From Sulfurihydrogenibium sp. (GTDB lineage: Bacteria; Aquificota; Aquificia; Aquificales; Hydrogenothermaceae): a stretch of DNA of 31,327 nucleotides. The stretch's first letter is position 1, and every line of letters begins with the position of its first letter. The stretch is taken from assembly GCA_037442825.1 (NCBI GenBank), contig JBBIPN010000009.1:1-31327 (forward strand), in the 5' to 3' direction. The position numbers and the translations under genes were made by a program. Positions 29,883 through 31,327 of this stretch are shown here, piece by piece. Below the pieces are notes generated by a model. That model was not told the origin of the DNA. It made no database searches and saw only the letters and a list, made by a program, of their open reading frames with translations.

Positions 29883-30405
29883 AAGTACAACGATACTTTT
29901 AGTTAGAAGGTACGGTAAAACTGTAATAGCTGGAGATGGTCAAGTAACGTTAGGTTCTTCTGTAGTAAAACATACTGCTAAAAAGATAAGAGTCTTAAAT
30001 GATGGGAAAATTGTTGTAGGCTTTGCTGGAAGTGCAGCCGATGGATTAGCTTTGTTAGAAAGACTTGAAGAAAAATTAAATAAGTATAGAGGTAATTTAC
30101 TTAAATCAGTAGTAGAGCTTGCAAAAGATTGGAGATTAGACAAATATTTAAGAAGACTGGAAGCAGTTATGGTTGCTGCAGATAAAGAAAGTATGTTTTT
30201 ACTTTCAGGAAATGGAGATGTTATAGAACCAGATGATCCTATCCTTGCTATTGGCTCTGGTGGAGACTATGCAAGATCTGCAGCAATAGCTTTATATAGA
30301 AACACAGATTTAGATGCAAGAAGGATTATTGAAGAATCTATGAAGATAGCAGGAGAAATCTGCGTTTATACCAACTTAAATATGACTATAGAAGAGATTG
30401 AGTAA
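29869..30405 (+). CDS. hslV: ATP-dependent protease peptidase subunit HslV
   Basis: TTI...[42 protein letters not shown]. Confidence 0.97.
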   Translation: MEKIRSTTILLVRRYGKTVIAGDGQVTLGSSVVKHTAKKIRVLNDGKIVVGFAGSAADGLALLERLEEKLNKYRGNLLKSVVELAKDWRLDKYLRRLEAVMVAADKESMFLLSGNGDVIEPDDPILAIGSGGDYARSAAIALYRNTDLDARRIIEESMKIAGEICVYTNLNMTIEEIE

Positions 30406-31327
30406 GGTTTATTTAGAAGTAGCTGTTCCTTTTCCTATTTTTCAAACATTTTGGTATGAATTTAGTTTAGAAAAAGATATTAATCCAAAGCTTCTGATAG
30501 GTAAAAAAGTTAAAGTACCATTTAAAAATATAAAAACCTATGGAATTGTAGTAAGTATATCAGAGAAAGTAGATCTTAATGTAGAAATAAAACCAATTTT
30601 AGATATCAACGACACATCTATTTTTAGCGAAAAAGATATTGAGATTATAAAAAAAATCTCTGATTATTACATATCTCCAATCGGGATAACTTTTGATTTT
30701 TTTATTCCTAACTTTCTTAAAGGAAAAAAAATAAAAGACGATTATTTAGATAAAGTGTTAGTTTTAAATGAAGATATAGATTTAGCTAAGTACAAATTAA
30801 CAGAATCGCAGTCAAAAGTTGTAGATATTATAAAGCAGCTAAAGGAAATTTATTATGAAGAAGTTTTAGTTTCAGGGATTAAAAAGAATGTTTTACAATC
30901 TCTTATTAAAAAAGGTATTATAAAGATTTTAGAACGAAAGCCATCTTTAAAGGATATTTTTATCTCTGAAAAAGAGAAGTATTATAAAGAGAGTATAAAT
31001 TTAAAAAATAGACTTATGTTATTGGATGAGTTCTATCTAAAAGATAGAATAAAATTCTATTTAGATGTTTCAACTAAATTTTTAAAAGAAGGTAAAAGTA
31101 TCCTAATTATATTTCCATACATAAGCCTTTTAAATAGTTTTTATGAAGTATTTAAATCAAAACTAACAGATGTTTATGTTTTTCATGATTCTATGAAGAT
31201 AAGCAATCAAAGGAACGTTTTCAAACAGATAAAAAATCAACCGTCATTGGTTCTTGGAACAGTTTCTTCTCTATTTTTACCAATTAAAAATCTCTCTTTA
31301 ATAGTGATAGAAGAAGAGAATTCTGAT
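30398..31327 (+). CDS. priA: Primosomal protein N' PriA-like (3' end outside window; ATPase motifs degenerate)
   Basis: Not in the ORF track. TTG at 30398 opens a frame to the window end: [16 protein letters not shown]...[13 protein letters not shown] (PriA 3'-binding domain), [10 protein letters not shown], then [10 protein letters not shown]...VFHD...[25 protein letters not shown]. Confidence 0.85.
   Translation, partial: MSKVYLEVAVPFPIFQTFWYEFSLEKDINPKLLIGKKVKVPFKNIKTYGIVVSISEKVDLNVEIKPILDINDTSIFSEKDIEIIKKISDYYISPIGITFDFFIPNFLKGKKIKDDYLDKVLVLNEDIDLAKYKLTESQSKVVDIIKQLKEIYYEEVLVSGIKKNVLQSLIKKGIIKILERKPSLKDIFISEKEKYYKESINLKNRLMLLDEFYLKDRIKFYLDVSTKFLKEGKSILIIFPYISLLNSFYEVFKSKLTDVYVFHDSMKISNQRNVFKQIKNQPSLVLGTVSSLFLPIKNLSLIVIEEENSD

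Overview
AT-rich bacterial chromosomal window, most consistent with an Aquificota thermophile (Hydrogenothermaceae/Sulfurihydrogenibium-like; inferred from protein style and scattered gene order, not tested). It is almost entirely housekeeping: HU, RsuA-type pseudouridine synthase, MFS, tRNA-Asn, ppa, a long minus-strand run (scpA, lpxK, RNase Z-like, purL, sppA, proB, trmI, P-type ATPase, Xer recombinase, ubiX, cupredoxin lipoprotein, coaE, mscS), a TonB-like gene, rpoD-dnaG, corA, tRNA-Pro/Arg/fMet, recG, ispF, NAD kinase, NlpC/P60, hslV and a partial priA. I found no CRISPR array, prophage, defence island or clearly new multi-gene system. The best second-look items are missing from the ORF track or hidden in it: a PriA with degenerate Walker A/B motifs, an ATT-initiated pseudouridine synthase behind a weak terminator, a decayed IS200/IS605 (tnpA+tnpB) relic beside tRNA-Asn, a frameshifted thermophile KaiC-domain pseudogene beside the tRNA cluster, a single-TM small protein overlapping the P-type ATPase, and a cupredoxin with an atypical ligand loop. 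All family calls are by motif recognition; no searches were run.
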